Part shown: piece after piece, positions 44,418 through 57,192 of the stretch
Layout: each line of letters opens with the position of its first letter
How positions within the stretch are numbered: the first letter of the stretch is position 1
NCBI RefSeq assembly: GCF_009914755.1
Contig: NC_060937.1
DNA length: 64,000 bases
Direction: 5' to 3' (one strand)
Source: the human T2T-CHM13v2.0 reference genome, Homo sapiens
Translations under genes and position numbers: made by a program
The notes under the pieces: model-generated
Databases searched by the model: none
Told to the model about the DNA's origin: nothing
The model's input: the letters and a program-made list of their open reading frames with translations, nothing else

Positions 44418-44882
44418 TGTGTCAGATTACACTTCCAAGACAATGGCCAAAAGATCTTCCATCTTCCATGTTTTTATATGATGCTTACACTCCTCTCATT
44501 GAAAGAATGGGCTCTGTGTATCCTCTTGAATGTCTGGAATAGAAAGGAAGTGACATGCTATGATTTCCAAAATTAGGTCCTAAATAGGAATAAACCTTCT
44601 GGCTTCTGCTTGGTCCCCTTAGGATGCTTGTTACTGAAATTCAACTGTCATGATGTGAAGAAGCCCAAGTCACATGGAGACATGTGAGAGAAAAAACCTT
44701 TGAAATCATTCCAGGTGCAGACACCATTTCCCTGGAACCACAAGCAAGACTGAGTGAGAACCACTGAACTGAGAACAGCCAGCCCCTAGGAACACGGGGA
44801 AGAAGAGTTAAACAGTTACTGTTGTTTTAGTCCCCCAATTTTCTTGTGATTTTTTTTAGTGTAGTAGTAAGAAACTGGAATA
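44418..44882 (+). mobile_element. MLT1G/H-like LTR
   Basis: ggaagtgacatgctatgatttcc; catgatgtgaagaagcccaag; ends aaactggaata. Confidence 0.7.
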
Positions 44883-46142
44883 ATTCATATTAATTCCTTA
44901 GAAAATAAGTAATAACTAATTAGTAATATCGAATTTCATCCTGTGGTAAAATAAAATTAGGCTACCACAGGGTAAAGTTAGATATTAGGATCCTAGGATC
45001 CTAACATGGATCTTAGATCTTAATAGATCTTAGAATCCTATTAGATCTTAGAACCCAGACACTTTGTTTTCCTTCTTTGGTGGCCTGAAAGCAAAACTAT
45101 TTTCAAATATTATTTTTAAAAATGTTCAGAAAGTTTTAGAGTTTTGATATTCTTTGGTAATAGTTAAACTTTTCTAATGTTGTTCAGAATTCCCTTAATC
45201 CTTTGTCTGATGCCAACATGCAGTGGAAATTTGTTGTAGCTCTTTAGCATCGCTACATAACTCAAGTGGGTTTACCTGTAATCATCTGCGATTGTATGCT
45301 ACAATACACTGCTATCGATTACTTCATCCTGCTTTATGTACTATGCTTTTCTTTTGTATTGATTCTTCCCTTTGTATTGCTTTATATGCTTTAACATGAT
45401 TTAGGCTTCTCATTTCCTTATTATCCTATACTCTGAATCACCATGTTACATATTATTCTCCAAGATTCAAATCATAAGTGTGAAAAAGGTGACAAAAATA
45501 AGCAGAATGTTTCTGACTTATTAAATGTAGGTTATTAAATAATGTTTTATAGTCAAAATGCTAGAAAGCTAATTTAAAAAGCAATATATATAAAATATTC
45601 AAGCCAAAAAATAGATGCTTAATTTACTGTAAAAAATAGGAGTTTCCCATAGGGTGATTGAAGTGTTTGGGGCTACAAAAATTTAACATCTTCTGGAACT
45701 TCTGAAATAATGGTGTAATTCCTTGGCTATACATTTTTTAAATTATGCAAATATAGATCATTGAAACCATATTGTGCTTCCTATTTCTCCTGGAAGACAT
45801 ACCTAATCATAGTGTATCTATGGCCTAAAATATATTCTCTCCTCCATGTAGAAATATACCAGAGAAATATAAGGCACTGAAAGCTATACAAAGCGATTTA
45901 TAATCTGTTCTTCTCTACAGACTCACTCCAAGGAGAATGGAATATATAATCCCAATAAGGCTAAAATAAAGCTCCATATCAAACTTCAGTAATGACTACT
46001 CTGTATGTAACTAACAGACTAAAATTCAGATATGCCTGAAGTAAAATGAACTTAAGCTTAGGGAATATAAAAACATTGAATTCTAGTTAGAAACGTTCAA
46101 ATGAAGAATATGAAAAATATTCTGCCACATTCCATTTCCCCA

Positions 46143-46325
46143 CAGTAGTAGTTCTCAACCTTTTCATATATATTCATAGATTAAACGAAGGGAATTTTAA
46201 AATACCAATGCCTGAATTCCACTCCCTTAAGATTGTTTCAATCGGTGTAGGTGGAATGTGGATATCAATATTTTTAAAAACACTACATGTGATTTTAATA
46301 CGCATTCAGAGATAAGAATTACAAT
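46143..46325. mobile_element. MER5-like hAT element
   Basis: cagtagtagttctcaacctt; aaaataccaatgcctg; catgtgattttaatacgca. Confidence 0.65.
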
Positions 46326-46419
46326 TTCACATTATCATTGTTTCTCAAAATATAATCCATGAATCTAGGATTCAAAAATTTATTGTGAAAAAGAGGGTAG
46401 TGAGATCCATTTAAAAGTA

Positions 46420-46801
46420 AGCAAACTCCAAATAGAAAGCCACATATCTTTCTTTCATTCCCTCCCTTGCTGTGACTTCACTCTGGGTAAGATATAGTTC
46501 CTCATATCTTTGATTTACGGCTCTCATTCATGAACATAATATATGCCACATCCAAGCAAAAGTTTCATATGTGTGGTGTATTATGGTCTCTTGTCTCCTT
46601 TTATTCACCAGGAAGAGATCCTGCCCCAGGTTGATCTGTCCCTTCACTCAGGTCCAGGAATGAATGATGTATAAAAAGCAACTATATCCACATCTAATGG
46701 GTCTTCAGATCTGTGCTTGAAAAATTCATGTATATTATTTTGCACTACTATAATTTTGACTCTTAAAAATGTAGCATTATCATAGCAACAGTCAAACAAG
46801 A
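46420..46801 (+). mobile_element. MLT1I/J-like LTR
   Basis: tgccacatccaagcaaaagttt; tcccttcactcaggtccaggaatgaa; gcattatcatagcaa. Confidence 0.6.
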
Positions 46802-47244
46802 AAGAAATTTAAAGCTTCAGACTCAAGATTCCTAAAAATATACCCTAGTCCCTGTTATGAATCTTTCAAGAAAGGACCGTATCATGCAATTTTGCAAACT
46901 TCATTTTATTACAGAATCTTTTATTTTAGGGATTGCCCCAAAAAAACTTTTTTTCAACAACGGGAAAACATGAAATGAATTGTGACTAGTTAAAAAAAAT
47001 ACTGTATTTATGCAACTATATTACAATCATGTCTGACTTTTTAATAGTAACCAAAATATCTATCAAATTGGAAATAAGGCCTCTATATTCTTATTATAAA
47101 CAAATGAGTAATAACTAATGCTTTTGTTAAAATAGGGGAAAATGTTGAGTACAGAATGGTAGAGATATGAGCATCAAAACTTCCATAGGCCAGATCTTGG
47201 GCTGCTGGTTCAAACCTCAATAAGGAAAAGACAAGTAATCTAAG

Positions 47245-47945
47245 TTTCAAAAAGTAACTTAACTGAGGCATCTTTTACATATCATATAATTCATCCATTT
47301 CAAGTGTAGAATTCAATGATATTTTAGTAAATTTACCAAGCTTTGAAACCATTGCCATAAATCAGTTTTTGAATGTTTCATCACTTCACTGAGATACTAT
47401 ATGCACATTAACTGTCGCTGTCCCTCTCCACAGTTCAAGTCATTCACCAGTCTATCTCTAAAGATTTGTCTTTTCTGGACATTTTGTATAAATGGAATCT
47501 TACAGTATGTGGTTTCTGGTACCTGGCTTCTTTCAGTGTGTATAAAACTATGAGGTTCATCCACATAGTAGTATGTATCTACAGTTTGTTCTTTTTTATA
47601 GCTAAGTGGTATTCTATCATATGGATAGATGGTTTTTTTTAATGCATTTATTCATTCATCCACCATTTATCAAGGGCCTTTTTCAGGCAAAGCTCTGAGC
47701 CAGGCATGGCACGCAACTAAAATATACACAAAAAAGTGTGTTTGTGCTTTCAAATAACTTAGGTAAGAAAATCAGGTACATAGCTTCATACATAAGAGTT
47801 CTCTAATTTTGTGAATTCATTCACCAGGTGACACATGATTAGATTGTTTCCACTATAGGGCCAGTGTGTGTGGATATATGTTTTCATTTATCTTAGGTAG
47901 ATAACTAACAGTAAATTTGCTGGATTGAGAAGTAGTGTAACTTTA
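47245..47945 (-). mobile_element. L1MB-like 3' end in two pieces (47245-47630, 47805-47945)
   Basis: ttctggacattttgtataaatggaatc; tgaggttcatcca; gtgtggatatatgttttcattt. Confidence 0.75.
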
Positions 47946-48304
47946 CAGTGTTTTCACCCCTTGGAAAACACAAACACTATATACAGAAAATAGCATGATA
48001 ATGGCTATGATAGTATTACACATTAAATTTGATGGAAGCAAGATTGGGCTGGAGGAAAAAGTAACACGAATAGAAAGTGTGGATAGGTAAGGAAACAGAG
48101 TAAGGTTTTTCTAAATCAGTGATGACAAAAAGAGAAAAGACATAATTTTAAAACAGCATGATGAATACCTCAAAGAAAGGCGATACACCAAGAGATCAGG
48201 TAATGGGAGTTTGGCCTCTGCTCATGGTTATGCAGTTTGTAAAACTGGCCCAATTCCTGGAACTTAACAGAGGGCTGAATCTGGCCCAGAGAAGTAATAT
48301 GTAA

Positions 48305-48630
48305 TTCTCTTTCCTTTTCTCTTTTCTTTTTCTTTTCTTTCTCTTTCTTTTTTTTCTTTCTCTTTCTTTCTCTTTCTCTCTTCTTTCTTTGTTTCTTTCT
48401 TTTTCTTTTTTTCTTTCTTCTCTTTCTCTTTCTTCCTCTCTCTCTTCCTCCCTTCCCTTCCCTTTCCTTCCTCTCTTTTTCTTTTACTTTCCTTTCTTCT
48501 TTTTCTTTCCTTTCTTTTCTTTCTTTCTCTTTCTTTTTCTTTCTCTTTCTTTCCTTCCTTCCTTCCTTTCTTTCTCTCTTTCTTCTTTCTCTCTTTCTCT
48601 CTTTATTTCTTTCTTTCTTTCTTTCTTTCC
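48305..48630. repeat. Polypyrimidine compound microsatellite (TTTC/TTCC/CT)
   Basis: ~325 bp almost free of purines on the + strand. Confidence 0.95.
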
Positions 48631-51379
48631 AAAAAGGTACTATCAAATATACCGATGTCTACTTGTGGCATCTTTTAAAAATCATCTGTTGAGGCTAAAT
48701 GATACCTTTTTACAGATTTGCACAAGGATATTATATAGTTTAGCTGCGCTTCCTAGTCTAGAAAGATTTCTATGTCATTAAAAGGACTTTTAATGTTCTA
48801 ATTTAATGCTTTCCACATTTATCCATGTCAAGCAATCTTCAGAAAGTTAGGAAGCTTGCATAATGCACTAAGGTAAGCACTAAGCTTTTCTTAGCTGAGG
48901 CACTACAGCAACCATGGGACCCTTGCTGTGGCCCTGAGAGGGGAGGACATCAATATCTAATCACACTTGTCACCCCTTTGTGAAGAATGTTGAATCAAGA
49001 AAGGGAGAGTCATTGATAGATAGGTTTTAAAAAATATTTCTCAGAAATTGAGTAGCATGTTCAGTTGAGGCACTCTGGCCACAGGCTAGAGGACAGGTAT
49101 GAGTCTGGCAGGACATGAGAGAAGAAAAAGAATCAAGAGATTAAGCCAGCAATCCAGGAAAGACAATGATAAGCATCTGCCCTGAACAAAAGTGTGGGAA
49201 AGAAAAATAAAGACTGAATTTAAGAACCATTGAGGAGGAAAATCAGCATGGCTTAATGGAGAAAGAGAGTGTGGAATGATTCATAGTTTATTTATTTCAT
49301 TTAATAGCTAAGTTTAGGAGGGACACCTTCACTGAGATATAAAATGGAGGAGAATAAAACACATTTGAAAGTATAGCTTGGATGATAAATATTACAATGC
49401 ATAGTAAAAGAACACTGTGTCCATCAAGACAATTAAAATATTAATTTATGTGCAATTATAATTTAGGAATTCTAAAACATAAAAAATGGAGTCAATATTG
49501 TCTAGAATATTATGTATTACAGAGATAACACATTGAAATAAATTAGAATTTATTAATAATAAAAGAGGAAATAATCAGTACCTACGTATGGCATCCATGT
49601 ATACATTGAATCATATTGGATACAGAGGCTAAATAGAAAAATTATAAAAATAGCACAATTCATACAAAAATACATGAAATGTATAGAGAGATACACAATA
49701 CACACTCTTAACAAGAATTGATGGGTAATTTAAAGAGCTGGTTGAATAAAAAGAAGAAAATTTTAAACCAAATACTTTCAAAAATCTAATAAGAATAAAA
49801 ATGGTAAACATTTGTAAAACACTTCGCTGTATCCTAAAGTCTCCCTCTAAACAAATGCACATAATCTTATATTGCAAGGCTAAAACACTGACCTTATTAA
49901 CAAGACCATCTTTCTAAGACAACAGCCACAATGAAACTTCACAAAGTTTTGCTAAAGGTCATCTGGAAGAAGCATGTGGAAATACACAAAATATTTTTTC
50001 AAAAATAGATGACATGAGGTAAGATTACTTGCTCTTGTGAGTTATTTAAATACATGTACTATAACAATGTTCTTAATATATTAAATGATACTTTTCCATC
50101 CCAGGTATGAGTATGATAAAGAAGTGTAAAAACTAAAGTATTTACAAGTCTCTGTCTTTGAATCTTCAAAATCCAAAATTATCAGTAGCCAGGGGTAAAG
50201 GCTAGTATACAAAATCAATGACTGTACATCAGGTAATAATGTGTTGTTCAATTTCACCATATCATCCTTTGTGATATTTTTTAAACTATATACATCCCTT
50301 GGACTTAGCAACTGACATGGAGATGAATAAAATAAATCCTGGTTTTACTTAAGTAAATTACTGTGGAAAAATAAGGAAATAAAATAGAGTCCAATCTGGG
50401 CAAAATTGAGGTACTGGGGGAGAAAATAATTATTGGTATAAGTTACATGTGATATATTTTATTTATGTTTCCATGAGGATCTCTTTCCATTTCCATACCA
50501 AAGAGTCAGGCTACGGGGTCATTAAAAGCTCAACTTGTTTCTCTTCTTTCTCCATTTATGGTGGATCTGCTTCCTAGCTCATTTCCAACCTCGATGTGGA
50601 AACCGAGGCCCATGTTAGAGAGTTGGGCATCATTCATCCCTTTGCTTTGCACAACACTGTAATCTCCTTGTACCAGAACATGTGCTGAGCTTCTGCCTCC
50701 AGGGCAACTCCTATGATTGCATGTGATCTGGGATTCCCAGTGCTGGTTGGGCATAGCAGTGGCTTTTCCAAGGGTACTCCTAGGCAGAAAACTCCACAGA
50801 CTTCTCAGTTCCTATCCCATCATTGAAACTTTAATTGAAAGCTTTCTCTTTATGTCTGCAGTCGCTGAGCATTTCTCATGATGAACAGAGACTAAGCACA
50901 AAGAGAAGGAGAAAAAAATTTAACTAATTTTTGTTTTGAGCGCATACGTAGTGAGCACATCAGAAAAAAGAATGTGAAAAGCAGCTGCCAGGAACATTTG
51001 TAAAAACATAGTCCTGTCTTCTTCTACTTTGCCTTGACTCCCATTGAACAGCAATATCTTATTTTATTCTTCCAGAAGAAAATAAATGGTGAAATTTTTG
51101 GGAGGAAAGTAACCTTTCACCTTTCATCATATCCATCACTCTTCACACTCAAAAGATGCCAATTTCTGTGGACTCAGACTCTTAGATTTTGCTCATTTTC
51201 ATCACTTATTAATTCCTAGTTCTCTATATCAAGCCCTAACTATCCACAACTTAGCTTGTTGTAAAGGCCTTCTCCTTCTCCACTATTTTGCAACTGCCCT
51301 CCACAATATAGATGTGATTCTCCTAAAAGAAACATCCGAAGCACATTTGCCTTCTCAAAACCTAGTAGGGCACCACCTA

Positions 51380-52485
51380 TAAATTTAATATATAAAGTAT
51401 TTTTAAAGGATATTTTAAAAGATACTCTTTAAAAATATGAATAACTATGAAGAAACATAACAAAATATCTTGAAGACCTCTATAGAAAAAATATTTTAAT
51501 AATGTAGAAAAATTAAAGAAAACATAAATAAGTAAAAAAAAATTATTTTCAAGTATTACAAAAATCAATATTGTAAATATGGAACATGCATTTGGCAATC
51601 CATGAATTTGAAAAGAGTTATGGAACTATAAATAACTCCTACACAACCATGAGAAATGGATATTTAGGCAAGGTGTCAGAATAGGCTTGTCCTGAATGAG
51701 GATACCCAAAAACTTAACAAATACATGAAAAAGTGAACAATTGATTAGAAATTATAAAAAGCAAATTAAAATCACAGTAAGTTATATGATAATACATAAA
51801 CCAGAATTATTAATATTTAAACCAACTGTTTGCAAGGATTTGCAGAAACAGAAACCCCATAAACACTGACAGCCTAACAGTGATGCTTTGAAAAAAGACA
51901 ATGTAGCTTTGTCTACTAAGGTTAAACATATGTACGTATGCTACATATGTATCTATGCTACCACCTAACAATTTCACTCATGCGTTTGTATGTATATATT
52001 AGTGCATACATGTGTGCACCAAAGACATATAAAATTAATAGCAGTCTTATTTATAGTAGCCACACATTTAAATAACTGAAATGTTTACCATTAGTGGAAT
52101 GGTTGCATGTTGTTATCTTTATATAATGGAATGTTACTATGTAGCAACGAAAATTAATGTACCACAGCTATAGACTAAAGCATAATGTTGAGTAAAAGAA
52201 GTCAGGCATAAAATAATGAACACCTTATGATTTTATTTATTTTAAGCTCAAAACCAGGCAAAACTGGATAACAGAGTTAAGAGTTGAAATAAAGAAACCT
52301 TAAGGGCAGAGGCAAAAAAGGAGTAGCAACTGGAAAAAGGCGTAAGCTTCTAAGATGTTAGCAACAGTTTATTTCTTCAACATGTTGCAGTTCCATAGTT
52401 AGTTGAATTGTGATAATGTATTGAGCATATATGTTTTGTGCATTTTCTTTAATATATGCTATATTTCATTTAAGGTTAAAAATGT
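51380..52485 (+). mobile_element. Old L1M (L1ME-like) 3' fragments
   Basis: aatcaatattgtaaatatgg; gcaaattaaaatcacagtaag; cataatgttgagtaaaagaagtcag. Confidence 0.65.
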
Positions 52486-52895
52486 GAAAATGCAATTGAA
52501 CAATAGAAAATATTTATAAATTTCCACAAATGTGAATTTGAGGATTAAGATTTATGTGTAACAAAAATATTACATGACTGCAATAATTATTCACACTTAA
52601 TCTTTCATCCTCCAATAAAAAGATAATAGTAATATGAGATAACATTAGTTGAGTTATAACAACTAATGAAGTATATAACTAAGACTTCCTTAGTTATCCC
52701 CTTAAGTACTGAAGAAACTGAGACACAGTTATATTATGTAACTTTAGGTTTAAAAACCTAATTAGTAGCACAGTATTAACTCATATCTTAGCAGTGTGCC
52801 TCAAGGTTAAATCTGCTTAACCTCTATATTCTCCCTGACGTACATCTCCTAATCATCTTTCTAGAAACAGAACAGAGAAAGAATAGCAAGCACAT

Positions 52896-54640
52896 AGAGC
52901 ATAAAATACCTAGGAATGCAACTTACAAGGGATGTGAAAGACCTCTTCAAGGAGAACTACAAACCACTGCTCCAGGAAATAAGAGAGGACACAAACAAAT
53001 GGAAAAGCATTCCATGCTCATGGAAAGGAAGAATCAATATCGTGAAAATGGCCATACTGCACAGACTATTTTATAAATTCAATGCTATCCCCAGCAAGCT
53101 ACTATTGACTTCCTTCACTGAGTTAAAAAAAAGATTAATTTAAATTTCATATGGAACCAAAAAAGAGCCCGTATAGCCAAGACAATCCTAAGCAAAGAGA
53201 ACAAAGTTGGAGGCATCATGCTACCTGACTTCAAACTATACTATAAGGCTACAGTAACCAAAACAGGATGGTGCTGGTACCAAAACAGACATATAGACCA
53301 AAGGAAGAGAACAGAGTCCTCAAAAATAATGGCACACATCTACAACCATCTGATTTTTGACAAAAAAAAAAAATGGGGAAATATTACCCTATTTAATAAA
53401 TGGTGTTGGGAAAACTGGCTACCCATATGCAGAAAACTGACACTAGATCCCTTCCTTACACCTTATACAAAAATTAACTCAAGATGGATTAAAAACTTAA
53501 ACATAAGACCTAAAACCATAAAAACCCTAGAAGAAAACCTAGGCAATGCCATTCAGGACATAAGCACGGGCAAAGACTTCATTACTAAAACACCAAAAGC
53601 AATGGCAACAAAGGCCAAAATAGACAAATGGGATCTAATTAAATTAAAGAGCTTCTGCACAGCCAAAGAAACTACCATCAGAGTGAACAGGTAACCTACA
53701 GAATGGGAGAAAAATTTTGCAATGTATCCATCTAGACAAAGGGCTAATATTCAGAATCTACAAAGATCTTAAACAAATTTACAAGAAAAAATCAAACGAC
53801 TCCATCAAAAGTGAGCGAATGATATGAACAGATGCTTCTCAAAAGAAGACATTTCTGCGGCCAACAAACATATGAAAAAAATGTTCATCATCACTGGTCA
53901 TTAGAGAAATGCAAATCAAAACCACAATGAGATACCATCTCACACCAGTTAGAATGGCAATCATTAAAAAGTCAGGAAACATCAGATGCTGGAGAGGATG
54001 TGGAGAAATAGGATCACTTTTACACTGTTGGTGGAACTGTAAACTAGTTCAACCATTGTGGAAGACAGTGTGGCAATTCCTCAAGGATCTAGAACCAGAA
54101 ATACCATTTGACCCAACAATCTCATTACTTGGTATATAACCAAAGGATTATAAATCATGCTACTATAAAGACACATGCACACGTATGTTTATTGCAGCAC
54201 TATTCACAATAGCAAAGACTTGGAACCAACCCAAATGCCCATCATTGATAAACTGGGCAAAGAAAATGTGGCACATATACACCATGGAATACTATGCAGC
54301 CATAAAAAATGATGAGTTCATGTCCTTTGCAGGGACATTGATGAAGCTGGAAACCATCATTCTCAGCAAACTAACACAGGAACAGAAAACCAAACACCAA
54401 TTGTTGTCACTCATAAGTGGGAATTGAGCAATGAGAACACATGGACACAGGGAGGGGAATATCACACACTGGGCCCTGTTGGGGGCTGGAGGGCTAGGAG
54501 AGGGATAGCATTAGAAGAAATGCCTAATGTAGATGATGGGTTGATGGGTGTGGCAAACCACCATGGCATGTGTATACCCATGTAACAAACCTGCATGTTC
54601 TGCACATGTATCCCAGAACTTAAAGTATAATTTTAAAAAA
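52896..54640 (+). mobile_element. 5'-truncated L1PA7-like
   Basis: Broken ORF2 fragments ([15 protein letters not shown]; CWRGCGEIG); 3'UTR gtagatgatgggttgatggg...gtatcccagaacttaaagtata. Confidence 0.93.
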
Positions 54641-55097
54641 CTCACAGTTAAATTCTAATTCAGAGGGAAGCTGACTGGCTGGGATGAGAAGCATAAAACA
54701 TGTGAAATATAATTCTGGACAAGAAAACCCATTACAACCATGAAGTTTAGTTGTCAGTAACTCAGTATTTCTATTTGGCTGGTAGGAAAAAATGAAAAAG
54801 ATCCCAGAAATGAGCAAATTGTCTGGAAAAGCACACAACTAAACAAACAGGCCCAGCAAAGTATTGTTGCTAAAGCTGGATAAGAAACAAAGCAAGAAGT
54901 ATACCTAAATTTCATCCCAGCACAGGGTGTTAAGGGAACTGCCACCAATATTTCAAGAACAAATAATTCTTATTTTTTAGAAGTATTCTGGTGTACACAA
55001 ATTATTGGAAAACTTCCAAACTCATTTCATGGTCTTAGCAGATCACTTAAGACAGAAAGTGCAAAATAAAGTAAAAGATGAGATTTAACTACAGTAA

Positions 55098-55132
55098 ACA
55101 CACACACTCACACACACACACACACACACACA
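55098..55132. repeat. (CA)n microsatellite
   Basis: Interrupted CA run. Confidence 0.9.
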
Positions 55133-56459
55133 GATTGCAATGCACTCACAGTCACACGCGAAAAAGAATATTTATAATAAGTGAAACCATAAGCAAGTTA
55201 AAATCCACATACATGCAGGCTGGGTGAAAATCTTGAGAAGACTGCAGACTCGAAAATAATATGGATTCATTATAAAGAGCAAAATAAAAACATTGCAAAG
55301 AAAAGTAAAAGAAGTCAAGGAGATGCACAGGAATTTAAAAATACAAACGGGAATAATATAGGCAAAGGTGCTCAATCAGAGTATTAAGCAGAGTAATGAA
55401 AATTAAAACAATAATGATCATATCAGCAAAAATTTTAAAGACTGATAATATCCATGTTATCAAAGGTGTGGCAGTTGAAGCTCTCACAAGATGCTGAGGG
55501 AATGTAAGTTTGTTTAGCATCCAAAGGTACTATGAAAATTTTACAAATGATAAATCCTTAGGCTCTACATTTCCACTTTTAGAAATACATCCCACGGAAT
55601 TATTTCCATGTGCGCTAAGTTATCTAGCATGCACTAGGAAATTTTGTCATGCCGTTATTTCTAGCGTGGTATGGCATCCTATGCAGAGCGTAGATTCTAA
55701 GAGTACCACAGAAGTAAATATTGAGTAACGACATTATTTGTAAATATATAGAGAGGAAGGTTTCACTTAAAGGCTTACAGTGTATCCCTTAGTCAATCCA
55801 GCATAACCCATATTTTCCTATAACTTTAAGCAGATACTTTTCTATCCAATTGATCACCAAATGACATAGTGCTCTTAGATTTGCAAGCCCTGTGATACTA
55901 AAATTTCTTATTTACAGACACTAGAATGCTACTCCCCATGGTAAGATGCTCTTATTATTAGAGAAGCTGAATCTGAGACCCAATGAGAAAATGTAAAAAA
56001 ACCCATATTCGTATAAAAACATATGCATATTATTAGATGGTAGGCAATATTACCTGTAACACTTAAATAAACTCCTCTATTATTGATTCATCTTCTTCTG
56101 TGCTCAACTTCAATTCCATGTATAACTAAATATTAATAGTTGCAAGTTATCTAAATACAAATATGATTAAACTATGGTATATTAATATCACTAAAAATTA
56201 TGAAACAGAAGTAATCCTATAGAATTATTCATACTAACAGAGAAAATGTTCCTCATCATGTCAATTAGAGAACAAAACAAATTGCAGTTCAATATATAGA
56301 GTATGACCCCATAAACAAAAGCCTCAAACCCAAACTAAATAGCTAGTAGAAAAAATTAGCAAATAATCTGGAATGGTTAGCTCCCTGATGGGAACTGAAA
56401 TTGGACAAATGCTTTAAAATACACTGTCACATTTTTCCCCAACATAACTCTATACAACA

Positions 56460-57192
56460 TCCTTCAATACACACTGATTACTTTGGTGATCTCATCCCAC
56501 CTCATTAGTTTAAATACTAAGTGTTGACATTTCTAAATTTATGATTCTAATACAGTTTTCTACCCTAAGACTGCTATATCTGTAGGCCTCTAGGTCTACA
56601 TGTCTCATTGAGACCTCCTCCTTGGATGATTAATAAGCCCCTCAAACTTCATCTGTCAAAACATAAGCTCCCGCTTTTCCCTTCAGAACTTTGCCACCTG
56701 CAGTCTTCCTTATGTCAGTAAATTGCAACATTGTCTATCAATTTAAAAGGATAAAAATTTCAGAAAGAACCTTGGTTTCTCTCCTTCACATTCTCGGTTC
56801 ACTATCCACACTTTCTATTGGTTCTAATTTTTAGCATGACTTTAAACTAAATGCAGTTGTCTTGATCGTCTTGTTCTCCCAATTGTTGTATCACTCTCTT
56901 CCTTCTCTCTCTACATATTATAGATTTCTTTCAGCCCTGGATATTACTTAAATTCCTAACTTTCTGACCTCTCAGCTAATTATTCTTCTAGAACATATCT
57001 TATTTTACACCAGAATGAGTTAGGTTATCCACTACTGTAGAATCTGTGCTTCGTATTAAAAAAAAAATTCCACTTGGGTTACTTAATATCTGCATTCCAC
57101 GTTCACTATAAATCCTAACACAAGGAAGATAATGTCAGTTGTATTGATGACCATTTTCAGCATCTAGAGTCAGCTGTCAAGAAATGATTTCC
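56460..57192 (+). mobile_element. L2 fragment; terminus resumes after 59443
   Basis: ggtgatctcatcccacctcattagtttaaatac; ctccttggatg...cctcaaacttcatctgtcaaaac. Confidence 0.65.

Noticed and set aside
48170-48781. 158-aa K/R/E-rich and 130-aa F/L/S-rich ORFs
   Set aside because: Translations of a stop-free pyrimidine microsatellite
50480-50880. GC-richer unique-looking segment with a 74-aa minus-strand ORF
   Set aside because: No recognisable protein similarity, splice structure or repeat family; cannot support a call
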